DNA of 64,000 nt from an uncultured bacterium (GCA_963716205.1 OY970290.1:30411-94410); one strand, 5' to 3'; numbered from the stretch's first letter, positions 47,166-57,056 are shown. Translations and numbers: made by a program. Notes: generated from the letters alone by a model not told the origin.

Positions 47166-47198
47166 AATAGTTTTTAAGAAAATACAAAATCATAAAGA

Positions 47199-47228
47199 GC
47201 GGCGCCGAAGGTGCCGCTCTTTATGATT
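47199..47228 (+). terminator. Terminator hairpin agagcggcgccgaaggtgccgctct. This is the same stem-loop family as 17333-17366.
   Basis: 10-bp stem with one G.U pair, a GAAG tetraloop, and a T-rich tail. Confidence 0.65.
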
Positions 47229-47343
47229 TACAAAGTCAATCTGGTGAAGTATACTCAAACTCGAATTAAGACAAAAAACGGTCTTTTGCAGGTTCTTTCA
47301 AAAATAAAATCCTATTTAAAATAGGTAGAAAAGGAAGTGCGCT

Positions 47344-47724
47344 ATGACAAGGAAATGTGTCATGATGGTAAGGAGCAGAAAATCTTTCTTAAAACCCTTC
47401 AAGAAGGGTATTTCTGGTCAAGAAGTTATGAGACGGCTGAAGAAAGCCAATCCGAAGGTTTATGGTCTTTTGAAAAATCCTACGGCGGAAGTGAATTTAG
47501 CTTTCAACACAAAGATACTGCGCAATAAAAAAGGTTTGTCGCCAGAGGCTTTAGCGGCACAAGCTCAGATTTTTATTGAGCGATTTGATGGAATTGAGAA
47601 TTATCTATGTGATTCGGAACGTGGTCCAACCGTGACCGAAGCCGAGCAAATAGCAAAAGCTTTGGGTGTTAGAATAGAAACGCTTTTCAAAAGTCGCGAT
47701 TGGATAAAATATTTTCTAGCATAG
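47344..47724 (+). CDS. XRE-family helix-turn-helix transcriptional regulator
   Basis: LRNKKGLSPEALAAQAQI.....GIEN...PTVTEAEQIAKALGVRIETLF is a cro/C1-type HTH. The N-terminal start is uncertain. Confidence 0.5.
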   Translation: MTRKCVMMVRSRKSFLKPFKKGISGQEVMRRLKKANPKVYGLLKNPTAEVNLAFNTKILRNKKGLSPEALAAQAQIFIERFDGIENYLCDSERGPTVTEAEQIAKALGVRIETLFKSRDWIKYFLA

Positions 47725-47809
47725 GAAGTCATCGACAAATAAAACCTCTGAAGTGATTCGGAGGTTTTTATTTTTAGCAGATTTAAATTTTTTGTGCTAA
47801 CCTTTTCTT

Positions 47810-49108
47810 ATGGTGAAAAAATCTCAAGGAAAAAATACCGATATTGCCGATGTCATTGTCATCGGTGGCGGACCGGCAGGGCTCATGGCGGCAGGTATTG
47901 CGGCGAAAAATGGTGCAAAAGTAACACTTATCGAAAAGAATGAGATTATGGGTAAGAAACTGCTTATCTCGGGCGGAGGCAGATGCAATATGACGAATGC
48001 TGAACCTGATGAAAGAATTTTACTTTCCAAATTCGGCAAGAAAGGCAATTTTCTTTTTACCCCTTTTTCTCTGTTTGATAACAATGACGCAATTCGATTT
48101 TTTGAAAAGCTTGGCGTGAAAACCAAAGTGGAAAATAATTTCCGCATTTTTCCGATTTCCGACAAGTCCGCAGATGTTTTGGAAGCATTGGTAAAATATG
48201 CAAAAGAAAATAAAGTGGAATTCAAGCTCGGTGTCGGCGTTGCCCATATCAAAAAAATAAAAAATAAAATCGAGTCAGTTATTTTGGAAAATAATGAAGA
48301 AATTAAAGCAAAAAATTTCATCCTTGCGACGGGCGGGAAGTCGCATCCGGAAACAGGCTCGACAGGAGATGGCTTCAAATGGCTCAAAGAAATTGGACAT
48401 AAAGTTGCCGAGGCAAATCCATCGCTTGTGCCGATCCAAACAAAAGAAAAATGGGTCAGCGACCTCGCTGGAATTACGCTAACAGATGTCGGTGTATCAG
48501 TTTGGTATGATAGCAAAAAAATTATTTCCAAAATCGGCCGCGTACTTTTTACACACAATGGGCTTTCCGGCCCGACCATCATCAATATGAGCAAGATTAT
48601 TTCTGATTTGCTTGAAGGTAATGATTACGAGGATGCAAAAGCGGTAAAAGTAGCGATTGATTTCTTTCCCGGTGTCGGGCTCGATGTCATGCATGAAAAC
48701 ATGATCAAAATATTTGAAGCAAATCCGAAAAAGAAAATTAAAAATCTTGTGTTTAAAGAAGTGCCGGAAAAAGTCTATGCGAAAATTCTTGAAACTATGG
48801 GAATGGACGGCGAATGGTTCGCCAATGAGGTGAAGCGGGCAGAACGGATGGCGATCGTGGATAAATTTAAGAAATTTGAATTCATGGTGGAAAAATTACT
48901 CGGCTATGATAAGGCGATTATTTCAAGTGGAGGAGTAGATTTAGAAGAAGTAGATTTCAAGCATATGCAATCAAAACTTTTTGAGAATTTATTTCTTGTT
49001 GGCGATATTTTAGATTTTGATCGTCCGAGTGGCGGCTATTCACTCCAACTTTGCTGGACGACGGGATATGTTGCCGGTAAAAGTGCTACAGAATTTTTCA
49101 AAAAATAG
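47810..49108 (+). CDS. HI0933-like / BaiN-family FAD-dependent flavoprotein (aminoacetone-oxidase family)
   Basis: VIVIGGGPAGLMAAGIAAKNGAKVTLIEKN..GKKLLISGGGRCNMTN is the family signature. Confidence 0.85.
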   Translation: MVKKSQGKNTDIADVIVIGGGPAGLMAAGIAAKNGAKVTLIEKNEIMGKKLLISGGGRCNMTNAEPDERILLSKFGKKGNFLFTPFSLFDNNDAIRFFEKLGVKTKVENNFRIFPISDKSADVLEALVKYAKENKVEFKLGVGVAHIKKIKNKIESVILENNEEIKAKNFILATGGKSHPETGSTGDGFKWLKEIGHKVAEANPSLVPIQTKEKWVSDLAGITLTDVGVSVWYDSKKIISKIGRVLFTHNGLSGPTIINMSKIISDLLEGNDYEDAKAVKVAIDFFPGVGLDVMHENMIKIFEANPKKKIKNLVFKEVPEKVYAKILETMGMDGEWFANEVKRAERMAIVDKFKKFEFMVEKLLGYDKAIISSGGVDLEEVDFKHMQSKLFENLFLVGDILDFDRPSGGYSLQLCWTTGYVAGKSATEFFKK

Positions 49109-49111
49109 TTT

Positions 49112-49140
49112 TGACAATATTTTTGGTAGGTGTAATATCG
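49112..49140 (+). promoter_or_regulatory. Sigma70-like promoter (TTGACA-16-TAATAT)
   Basis: Seen in the sequence upstream of a GGAGG Shine-Dalgarno and the 38-aa ORF. Confidence 0.4.
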
Positions 49141-49173
49141 AAATAGGAAGTTCAAAAAATAACGGAGGTTCAC

Positions 49174-49290
49174 ATGTTTACAACATGGACGATTTATACC
49201 ATAAGTACGGATCCACTTCTTTATGTTTTTCTGACTGCTTTTATTGGAATCGGACTTTGGGCTATCTGGTCTATATATAGATTAAAATAA
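49174..49290 (+). CDS. Small (38 aa) single-TM membrane peptide
   Basis: MFTTWTIYTISTDPLLYVFLTAFIGIGLWAIWSIYRLK. It has a GGAGG 7 nt upstream, its own promoter, and a terminator at 49291-49318. It is below the 60-aa cut-off of the track. Confidence 0.4.
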   Translation: MFTTWTIYTISTDPLLYVFLTAFIGIGLWAIWSIYRLK

Positions 49291-49314
49291 AAAACGGATC
49301 TAAACACTCCGTTT

Positions 49315-50262
49315 TTATTTTTCTGGCGAAATAATTTTATACAAACTTGGATCTATATTTCTTGTGAAGCAGACATTTCCGATGCCATGTTGCCAGTTTT
49401 GGTTTGTGGTTGGGTCTGGATAAAGTGTCGGTACAGGAACATTTTCATTTTCCGTGCTTGTACTTGCTACTGTTTCAAATGTTGCGCAGAGCTCAAAGCT
49501 ACTGCTTGAAATTTTGCTGTATTCGTATGATGCGCCGGTTTCAGGATCTGTTGGAACAGTGAATCCGCTGATAGGATCATTCAACACAGATAAATTTTCC
49601 GGTACGGTGCCTTTATTTTGCCATTGCGTATACACGATTTGATTTTGAATACTTTCCAAATCACTTACCCTCTGGTCATCAAACATTTTTGCTCTCTGGA
49701 ATGCAGGCGAACCGATGAGAATGATACCGATAACGATTGCCGAAACTCTGACGATAGCCATGAGCCAAATACGAAGTTTCATTATTTTTGAATATTCCGC
49801 GACATTTCTTTTGAGTTCATAAAAACACAATCTAAATGCCATACCAGCAGAACCGAATACCAAGAAAACTTTCAGCAGAAATCGGAGCGTCAAATCTTCC
49901 GCACCGAGAAATTGATAAATCAAAGTTACTAGATCAATAGCGATGGTTAATCCGGCCACAAAAAGTGTCAGATAAATCATCCATTTTCTGATCCAGATTT
50001 CCTTTTTCTCAGGGTGCGCTTTCAAATCTTGAAACGTGAGGTGCGAAGTATAAAGAAGCGCGGGGAAAAAGATTATGAGTGTCGCAATAGAAGTTCTGAT
50101 TGTGCCGTCAAAACCTGCTGTGTATTCGTTAGCGAGCGGCAAAAGTTTATTAATAATTGCAAATGCGAGTGCAAGGAAACTGACGGTGCTGACATAGAGC
50201 CCGATCACTATTGCCAAATAAAGAAAGAAATCCTTCGCAGTTATTTTTGGTTTGTTGTCCAT
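49315..50262 (-). CDS. Polytopic membrane protein of unknown function
   Basis: About 5-6 TM helices and an extracytoplasmic C-terminal domain. No recognisable catalytic motif. Confidence 0.6.
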   Translation of the reverse strand: MDNKPKITAKDFFLYLAIVIGLYVSTVSFLALAFAIINKLLPLANEYTAGFDGTIRTSIATLIIFFPALLYTSHLTFQDLKAHPEKKEIWIRKWMIYLTLFVAGLTIAIDLVTLIYQFLGAEDLTLRFLLKVFLVFGSAGMAFRLCFYELKRNVAEYSKIMKLRIWLMAIVRVSAIVIGIILIGSPAFQRAKMFDDQRVSDLESIQNQIVYTQWQNKGTVPENLSVLNDPISGFTVPTDPETGASYEYSKISSSSFELCATFETVASTSTENENVPVPTLYPDPTTNQNWQHGIGNVCFTRNIDPSLYKIISPEK

Positions 50263-50304
50263 GCTAATGGAATTATACCATGATTTTATGCTAGTATTAT
50301 AGGC

Positions 50305-52044
50305 ATGATTCGCGAAATACTTGAAAAATCAATACAGACGACGTTGAAAAAACTCAATATAAATATTACTGATGTAAAAATAACTTTGGAACATCCGGAT
50401 GAATTAACACATGGGGATTATTCGACGAATATTGCAATGGTACTGGCAAAACAAGAGACACAAAACCCTAGAGTACTTGCAGAGAAAATCGTTGCGGAAA
50501 TAAATAAAAATCTGCCGAAAGAAGTTTCAAAAGTGGAAGTTGCCGGTCCGGGATTTATCAATTTTTATTTATCTGATGGCTATTTTATAAAAAGCATCGC
50601 GGAAATTTTGAAAGAAAAGGAAAAATTTGGTGCGAATAAAAATTTGAAAGGTCAGAAAACCATCATTGAATATACTGACCCGAATCCTTTTAAAGAATTT
50701 CATATTGGTCATCTAGTGCCGAACTCAATTGGTGAATCAGTCTCAAGAATTCTTGAAGCAAGCGGAGCGAAAGTCAAACGTGTCTGCTACCAAGGCGATC
50801 TCGGTCTGCATATAGCAAAGGCTATTTATGGCATGCGTCTCCTTGAACTTAATAAGGAAATAATACCAACTGAAAAAGATTCACTTGCACTACGTGCTGC
50901 TTTTTTGGGAAAGGCCTACGCCGCTGGGGCACAAGAACCGGGATCCGGTATTGATAACTGGAAAGTCCAATTGGCTGATCTCAATAAATTGATCTATAAT
51001 CGCTCAAACACTAAAGTGAATCATCTTTATAATATGGGACGAAGATGGAGTCTGGAATATTTTGATACGATTTATAAAGTATTAGGAACGAAATTCGACC
51101 ATTTATTTTTTGAAAGTGAGACACAAGAGCTCGGGAAAGAAATTGTAAAGAAAAATATCGGTAAAGTTTTTGAAAAAGGCGACAATAATTCAATTATTTT
51201 CAAAGGAGAAAATTATGGCTTGCATACGCGCGTGTTCATCAATTCCGAGGGAATCCCGACATACGAAGCAAAAGACCTTGGTCTGGCGAAAAAGAAATAT
51301 GAATATTATCATTACGACAAATCAATCATCGTGACCGGTAATGAGCAGAAAGAATATGCAAAAGTGATGCTGAAAGCTTTGGGTCTGATCTATCCGGAAC
51401 TTGCGGAAAATACTCAGGTAGTTACCAATGGTTTTCTGAGTCTCTCAACCGGAAAAATGTCTTCGAGAACCGGGCAGGTTGTTACGGCGACCTTGTTGAT
51501 TTCTGATACGGAAAAAAAGGTTTTAGAAAAAATGTCAGGCCGGGAATTGACTGACAACGAGAAAAAAGAAATTGCGGAACAGATTGCGGTCGGAGCGATA
51601 AAATATTCCATTCTCAAACAAGTCAATGGCAAAGATATTATTTTCGATTTTGACAAATCACTTTCGTTTGAAGGCGACTCGGGACCGTACCTGCAATATT
51701 CGTATGCTCGTGCAAAATCTATTTTACGAAAAGCGAAAGATGCAAAGATAAAAGGAAATGTGAAAATAAAATCCGGAGAGAAAAAAGAAATAACGGAGCT
51801 GGAAAAAATATTGTATCGATTTCCAGAAGTGGTGGAACGAGCGGGAAGTGAATATTCGCCACACTACATCGCGACATATTTGATCGAGCTTGCATCGTCA
51901 TTCAATGCTTTTTATGCGAAAAATAAAATTGTGGATGAAAAAGACGCTCTCTCGCCGTACAAAGTCGCACTGACGGAAGCATTTTCCATTGTGGTCAAAA
52001 ATGGATTGAATTTGTTGGGGATTCAGGCACCTGAAAGAATGTAA
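50305..52044 (+). CDS. argS: Arginyl-tRNA synthetase
   Basis: Arg_tRNA_synt N-domain, HIGH-type motif FHIGHL, and the DALR anticodon-binding domain at the C-terminus. Confidence 0.9.
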   Translation: MIREILEKSIQTTLKKLNINITDVKITLEHPDELTHGDYSTNIAMVLAKQETQNPRVLAEKIVAEINKNLPKEVSKVEVAGPGFINFYLSDGYFIKSIAEILKEKEKFGANKNLKGQKTIIEYTDPNPFKEFHIGHLVPNSIGESVSRILEASGAKVKRVCYQGDLGLHIAKAIYGMRLLELNKEIIPTEKDSLALRAAFLGKAYAAGAQEPGSGIDNWKVQLADLNKLIYNRSNTKVNHLYNMGRRWSLEYFDTIYKVLGTKFDHLFFESETQELGKEIVKKNIGKVFEKGDNNSIIFKGENYGLHTRVFINSEGIPTYEAKDLGLAKKKYEYYHYDKSIIVTGNEQKEYAKVMLKALGLIYPELAENTQVVTNGFLSLSTGKMSSRTGQVVTATLLISDTEKKVLEKMSGRELTDNEKKEIAEQIAVGAIKYSILKQVNGKDIIFDFDKSLSFEGDSGPYLQYSYARAKSILRKAKDAKIKGNVKIKSGEKKEITELEKILYRFPEVVERAGSEYSPHYIATYLIELASSFNAFYAKNKIVDEKDALSPYKVALTEAFSIVVKNGLNLLGIQAPERM

Positions 52045-52123
52045 AAATACTATTGCTTTTTTAATAAGAAGGAATAGAATTCTATTTAGTTCAGTTGTAC
52101 CATCAACTCTTGAGGAGTTTCAA

Positions 52124-52426
52124 ATGAAAAGGTTAACAAACTGTTTTGTCTGCAAAACAGCGGGAATGATCGATAGCAAAAATGGCGTTACTTGTGGTGA
52201 TCCGAAATGCGACAATAATCTGTCCAGTTGCATCGAGGATTTTGAAATCTGGAAAAAGAAAGAGGCCATTGAGGAAGAAGAACGGATAAAAGAGGAGCTT
52301 AGAGATCTTCAAAAACAAAACAAGGAATTACAGGAAAGCCTTGAGGAAGCAGAGGAAAAGTTCTCTAAATCTAAGAAAGAATTCTTCGAAAATTTGAGAA
52401 AAAAAGTCGAGGAACTCTTTCCGTAA
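52124..52426 (+). CDS. Zinc-ribbon plus coiled-coil hypothetical protein
   Basis: CFVCK...CGDPKC cysteine pairs, then a charged heptad-rich helix. A terminator follows at 52443-52472. Confidence 0.5.
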   Translation: MKRLTNCFVCKTAGMIDSKNGVTCGDPKCDNNLSSCIEDFEIWKKKEAIEEEERIKEELRDLQKQNKELQESLEEAEEKFSKSKKEFFENLRKKVEELFP

Positions 52427-52508
52427 GAACGCATAATTATGAAGGGCGGTACACTTTGTACTGCCCTTTTTCTTTTCTCAAAAATTGCTACAATGAGAAC
52501 TCAAATAT

Positions 52509-55500
52509 ATGGCTGAAAAAGAAGAGAAAAAACCAGTAACAAAGAGCAAAATTGCCGAACGAGAAGAGGAAATACTGCAGTTTTGGCAGGAAAAGGATAT
52601 CTTCAAAAAAAGTTTGGACAGCGAAAAGCATCCGAAAGGTGAGTTCATATTTTACGATGGTCCGCCGTTTGCGAGCGGTCTTCCGCATTACGGGCATATT
52701 CTCGCCGGCACGATGAAGGATTATGTCGGCAGATACCAGACGATGAACGGTAAGCATGTGCCGCGCCGATGGGGCTGGGATTGCCACGGATTGCCAATAG
52801 AAAACCTAGTCGAAAAGGATCTTGGCTTGAAGTCGAAAAAAGACATTGAGGATTTTGGCATAGAAAAATTCAACGATCTGGCGCGGGAAAAAGTGATGAT
52901 GTACGCCGATGACTGGAAACTAGTCATTCCGCGCATGGGCCGTTTTGTCGATATGGAAAATGATTACCGGACGATGAACCCAACATTTACCGAGACGGTC
53001 TGGTGGATATTCAAGGAGCTTCACAAAAAAGGTCTGGTGTACGAAGGTTTCAAAGCGATGCATCTCTGCCCGCACTGCGGAACAACGCTTTCCAACAATG
53101 AAGTGAACCAGGGATACAAAGATATCACGGATATTTCGGTCGTCGGCAAATTTGAAATGATTGATGAACCCGGCACGTATTTTCTCGCATGGACGACGAC
53201 GCCGTGGACATTGCCCGGCAACGTCGCGCTTGCGGTCAATCCGGATATTGATTATGTGAAAATAAAAATCGGCAACGAGAAATTTATTTTAGCTGAGTCT
53301 CGACTCAGTGTTGTAAAAGAAAAATACGAAGAATTAGAAAAAATTCCTGGTACGGCACTTATTGGACTTTCCTACAAACCGCTGTTTGATTATTACAAAA
53401 ATGTTGACATCAAGGACAAGGAAAACGGTTGGAAAGTATATGGTGCGGATTTCGTGACCATAACGGATGGTACTGGCATTGTGCATATTGCGCCGGCATT
53501 CGGCGAGGACGATATGAAGCTCGGGAAAGAAAAAAAGCTTCCGTTCATCCAGCATGTCGGCATGGACGGCACATTCAAAAAAGAGGTGAAGGATTTTGCC
53601 GGTCAAAAAGTCAAACCGATCGAGAATCCGCAGGCAGCCGATATCGAGATTATCAAATTCCTCGCAGGCAAGGGGACGCTTTTTGCGAAAGAAAAATTCA
53701 CCCACTCGTATCCGCATTGCTATCGGTGTGATACACCGCTTCTCAACTACGCGGCAAGCTCATGGTTCGTCGAGATCGCAAAATTCAAAGACAAGCTGAT
53801 CGAGGTGAATAAAAAGATCACGTGGGTGCCGAATGATTTGGGCGAAGGACGTTTCGGCAAACTTCTCGAATCCGCGCCGGATTGGGCGATCTCACGCAGC
53901 CGTTTCTGGGGGGCACCGATGCCAGTCTGGCGATGTCAGAATGAAAAATGTAAAGAAACCGAATTCATTGGTTCGGTGGATGAGATCAAAAAACATACGA
54001 CGAGAAATAATACTTTTCTCGTTGTTCGTCACGGCGAAGCGGAAAGCAATGTGCTGAAAATTTTAAGCTCAAATCCAAAGGCAATCAATCATCTGACAGA
54101 AAATGGCAGGGAACACGCAGTTGTTGCTGCACAAAATCTGAAGGGAAAGAAAATTGATGCCATCTATTGTTCGCCATTCATGCGCACTAAAGAGACCGCG
54201 GAGATTATCGCTGAAAAAATTGGTTTTCCGAAAGATAAAATTATTTATGATGAGCGATTGCATGAACTTTTCGGCGGAATACTTGACGGAAAGCCGGACT
54301 CGGAGTATCAGGCATTTTTCGGCTCGCGATTTGAGAAATTCTGGAAAACACCGGAAGGCGGGGAAAATTATACGACGGTTAAAAACAGAATGACGGAATT
54401 TTTATATGAAATTAACGGCAAACATGAAGGGAAACACATTCTGATTATCAGCCACAATACGCCAATCTGGCTTCTCTTTTCCGGCGCGGCAGGACTTGAT
54501 CAAAAACAGACTGTGAGAACCCGAACAAAACTCAATTTCATAGAAAATTCCGAGATTCGCGAGCTTTCTTTTGCACCCATTCCGCACAATCGTAATTATG
54601 AGCTCGATTTGCACCGCCCATTTATTGATGAGGTCACACTGAAATGCAAATGTGACGATATTATGAAGAGAATTCCGGAAGTGTTTGATTGCTGGTTTGA
54701 ATCCGGATCGATGCCATACGGCGAAATGCACTATCCATTTGAAAATCTGGATAGATTTGATCCGAAAAAACATCTTGGTTTTCCGGCAGATTTTATTGCA
54801 GAAGGGATTGACCAGACGCGAGGATGGTTCTACTCCATGCTTGTCGTTTCCGTTGCACTTTTTGGCGAAGCATCATACAAAAGCGTTATTGCCAACGGCA
54901 TTGTTCTTGCCGAGGATGGTTTGAAAATGGCGAAAAAATTGAAAAATTATACCGACCCGGTGCTTCTCGCTGACAAATATAGTGCTGATGCCATCAGATA
55001 TTATCTGCTGTCTTCTCCCGCGGTCCATGCAGAGGATTTAAAATTTTCCGACAAGGGGGTTGATGAAGTTTTGAAAAAAGTCATCATGCGGTTTTCCAAT
55101 GTCTACTCATTTTTTGAAATGTATGCTGGTTTTGATGCGGATTTCAGCAAAAAAGTCGAGTCAAAGAATATTCTCGATATTTGGATTCTTGCCAGACTGA
55201 AAGAAACGGCGTTTCAAATCACGAAAGCGACGGATGCGTATGAGCTTGATCGTGCTACGCGGCCGATCGCGGATTTTGTCGATGATATTTCCACGTGGTT
55301 TTTGAGAAGATCCCGGGACAGGTTCAAATCCGAAGATGCGGAAGATAAAAATTCCGCTATGCAGACAACGCGGACAATTATTCTGGAATTTTCCAAGCTT
55401 CTTGCGCCGTCCATGCCATTTATCGCCGAAGATTTGTATTTGAAAATCACCGGTGGGCTTGAAAAAGAAAGCGTGCATTTGGAAAATTGGCCGGAATATT

Positions 55501-56015
55501 TGCTCAGTGAATTGACCGAGGAAGAAATAAAAATTCTGGAAAATATGAAAGAAGTCAGAAGCACTGTTTCTTTAGGGCTTGAAGCAAGGGCAAAAGCCGG
55601 AATAAAAGTCCGCCAGCCGCTTTCAAGTTTGAAAGTCAAAAATGAAAAATTAAAAAATAATGAGAAGTATCTTGAACTCATTCAAGATGAAATCAATGTC
55701 AAAGAAATTATTTTTGGTACGGATATCACAGGAGATGTCGAGCTTGATTTGAATATGACAACTGAATTAAAAGAGGAGGGAATGATGCGCGATATTATCC
55801 GGGCGATCCAAGAATTGAGAAAAAATAACAAACTCAATCCGGGAGATATCGTGAGCTTGGCGGTTGAAGCTGATGAGACGGGCAAAAATTTGATTAAAAA
55901 ATTTGAGGAGGATATTTCAAAAGCTGCCGGATTGAAAAAAATCAGTTTTGAAAAAACGGAAAATGGTAGTAGAATTGCATTTGAAAATATAACAATTTTA
56001 TTGGCAATCAAATAA
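52509..56015 (+). CDS. ileS: Isoleucyl-tRNA synthetase (type 2, HYGH) carrying an inserted histidine-phosphatase (PGAM/SixA-like) domain
   Basis: HYGH motif, DWAISRSRFWGAPMP (IleRS-specific), KMAKK (KMSKS variant), and an anticodon-binding C-terminus. Residues ~497-697 match His_Phos_1 (RHGEAESN, SPFMRTKETAEI, ISHNTP). Confidence 0.9.
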   Translation: MAEKEEKKPVTKSKIAEREEEILQFWQEKDIFKKSLDSEKHPKGEFIFYDGPPFASGLPHYGHILAGTMKDYVGRYQTMNGKHVPRRWGWDCHGLPIENLVEKDLGLKSKKDIEDFGIEKFNDLAREKVMMYADDWKLVIPRMGRFVDMENDYRTMNPTFTETVWWIFKELHKKGLVYEGFKAMHLCPHCGTTLSNNEVNQGYKDITDISVVGKFEMIDEPGTYFLAWTTTPWTLPGNVALAVNPDIDYVKIKIGNEKFILAESRLSVVKEKYEELEKIPGTALIGLSYKPLFDYYKNVDIKDKENGWKVYGADFVTITDGTGIVHIAPAFGEDDMKLGKEKKLPFIQHVGMDGTFKKEVKDFAGQKVKPIENPQAADIEIIKFLAGKGTLFAKEKFTHSYPHCYRCDTPLLNYAASSWFVEIAKFKDKLIEVNKKITWVPNDLGEGRFGKLLESAPDWAISRSRFWGAPMPVWRCQNEKCKETEFIGSVDEIKKHTTRNNTFLVVRHGEAESNVLKILSSNPKAINHLTENGREHAVVAAQNLKGKKIDAIYCSPFMRTKETAEIIAEKIGFPKDKIIYDERLHELFGGILDGKPDSEYQAFFGSRFEKFWKTPEGGENYTTVKNRMTEFLYEINGKHEGKHILIISHNTPIWLLFSGAAGLDQKQTVRTRTKLNFIENSEIRELSFAPIPHNRNYELDLHRPFIDEVTLKCKCDDIMKRIPEVFDCWFESGSMPYGEMHYPFENLDRFDPKKHLGFPADFIAEGIDQTRGWFYSMLVVSVALFGEASYKSVIANGIVLAEDGLKMAKKLKNYTDPVLLADKYSADAIRYYLLSSPAVHAEDLKFSDKGVDEVLKKVIMRFSNVYSFFEMYAGFDADFSKKVESKNILDIWILARLKETAFQITKATDAYELDRATRPIADFVDDISTWFLRRSRDRFKSEDAEDKNSAMQTTRTIILEFSKLLAPSMPFIAEDLYLKITGGLEKESVHLENWPEYLLSELTEEEIKILENMKEVRSTVSLGLEARAKAGIKVRQPLSSLKVKNEKLKNNEKYLELIQDEINVKEIIFGTDITGDVELDLNMTTELKEEGMMRDIIRAIQELRKNNKLNPGDIVSLAVEADETGKNLIKKFEEDISKAAGLKKISFEKTENGSRIAFENITILLAIK

Positions 56016-56025
56016 TCAAAAATAT

Positions 56026-56421
56026 ATGAATTTTGAAAATTATAATGCAACATTGGAAAGACCAGTTACGCCCGAATGGAGTGCTGTCGCAAAAAAATTG
56101 TCACGAGCGAATATTGCCCTTGAAGAATTTGGTAAACTGAATCAGCATTTTGATGCAAAAGAACTTCCAAACATGCATGATTTTGTCGATTTTAAAAACG
56201 CTCTTCAGCTTGCTATCAAAGCATGCGAACAAACAAAAGACGAAACTTTGCAAAAACTTGGAAGAAATCTTATTGAATTTCGCACGCTTTATTTCGCTAA
56301 AAAGTTTGATGAATTTTCCCAATTAAAAGCCACATATGAAGAGCTGTCATCAATACCCGAAATAGATGGACTTGTGAAGATGGAAATAGAAAAGATACAA
56401 GGAGATGCTATTGTGGCATAG
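56026..56421 (+). CDS. Hypothetical all-helical protein
   Basis: 131 aa with no recognisable motif. Co-directional between ileS and the recO-like gene. Confidence 0.45.
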   Translation: MNFENYNATLERPVTPEWSAVAKKLSRANIALEEFGKLNQHFDAKELPNMHDFVDFKNALQLAIKACEQTKDETLQKLGRNLIEFRTLYFAKKFDEFSQLKATYEELSSIPEIDGLVKMEIEKIQGDAIVA

Positions 56422-56433
56422 GTAAAAAATATT

Positions 56434-57018
56434 GTGCACCATATCTACACCACGAGAGCCATTATTATAAAAAGTCTGCCGCACGGCGAGGCGAATAAGA
56501 TATATTTTCTTTTGACCAAAGATCTCGGATTCATCAGGGCGAGCGCGCAAGGTGTGCGGCTCGACAAATCAAAACTCAAAGGTCATCTGGAAGATTTTTC
56601 CGTTATTTCTCTTTCTGCCGTCCGCGGCAAAGAAATCTGGCGCGTAACGAGCGCGGAGACGATATGCCGGAGTACTTTTTTGAAAAATCCGGAGAAACTT
56701 TCCATTGCAAAAAATATTTTTTCCCTGCTTCTCCGCCTGCTTGCTGGCGAAGAAAAGAACGAAATCCTTTTCAATTGCATCGATTCGTTTTTTATTTTTT
56801 TGGCGGAACAGCAACTTTCAGTTAAGCAGTTGAAAAATTTGGAAATATTGACCGTACTCCGCGTACTGCATCATCTTGGATATTTGAAAGAGTCTTCGGA
56901 TTTGTCGCCGTTTGTCTCAGATGATGCGTTGTCGGAAGAGTTTCTCGCTGAAGTAAATGAAAAAATGAGAATCGCACTGTATCAAATAAACGAAGCCCTG
57001 AACAATACAAATCTGTAA
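56434..57018 (+). CDS. recO: RecO-like DNA repair protein (short, lacks the zinc motif)
   Basis: N-terminal OB-fold pattern (IIIKSLPHGEANKIYFLLTKDLGFIRASAQGVR...S) and a helical domain (LTVLRVLHHLGYL) resemble RecO. Confidence 0.55.
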   Translation: MHHIYTTRAIIIKSLPHGEANKIYFLLTKDLGFIRASAQGVRLDKSKLKGHLEDFSVISLSAVRGKEIWRVTSAETICRSTFLKNPEKLSIAKNIFSLLLRLLAGEEKNEILFNCIDSFFIFLAEQQLSVKQLKNLEILTVLRVLHHLGYLKESSDLSPFVSDDALSEEFLAEVNEKMRIALYQINEALNNTNL

Positions 57019-57056
57019 TTTTGCCATCCCGTTGTGGTATAATATCTTGCACGAGT

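Noticed and set aside
53997-54599. Intein in ileS (the insert ends ...ISHN followed by T, reminiscent of an intein C-terminal HN plus nucleophile)
   Set aside because: No N-terminal Cys/Ser splice junction or intein blocks A/B. The HN belongs to the PGAM-family SHxx catalytic motif. The whole segment aligns to SixA-type histidine phosphatases.
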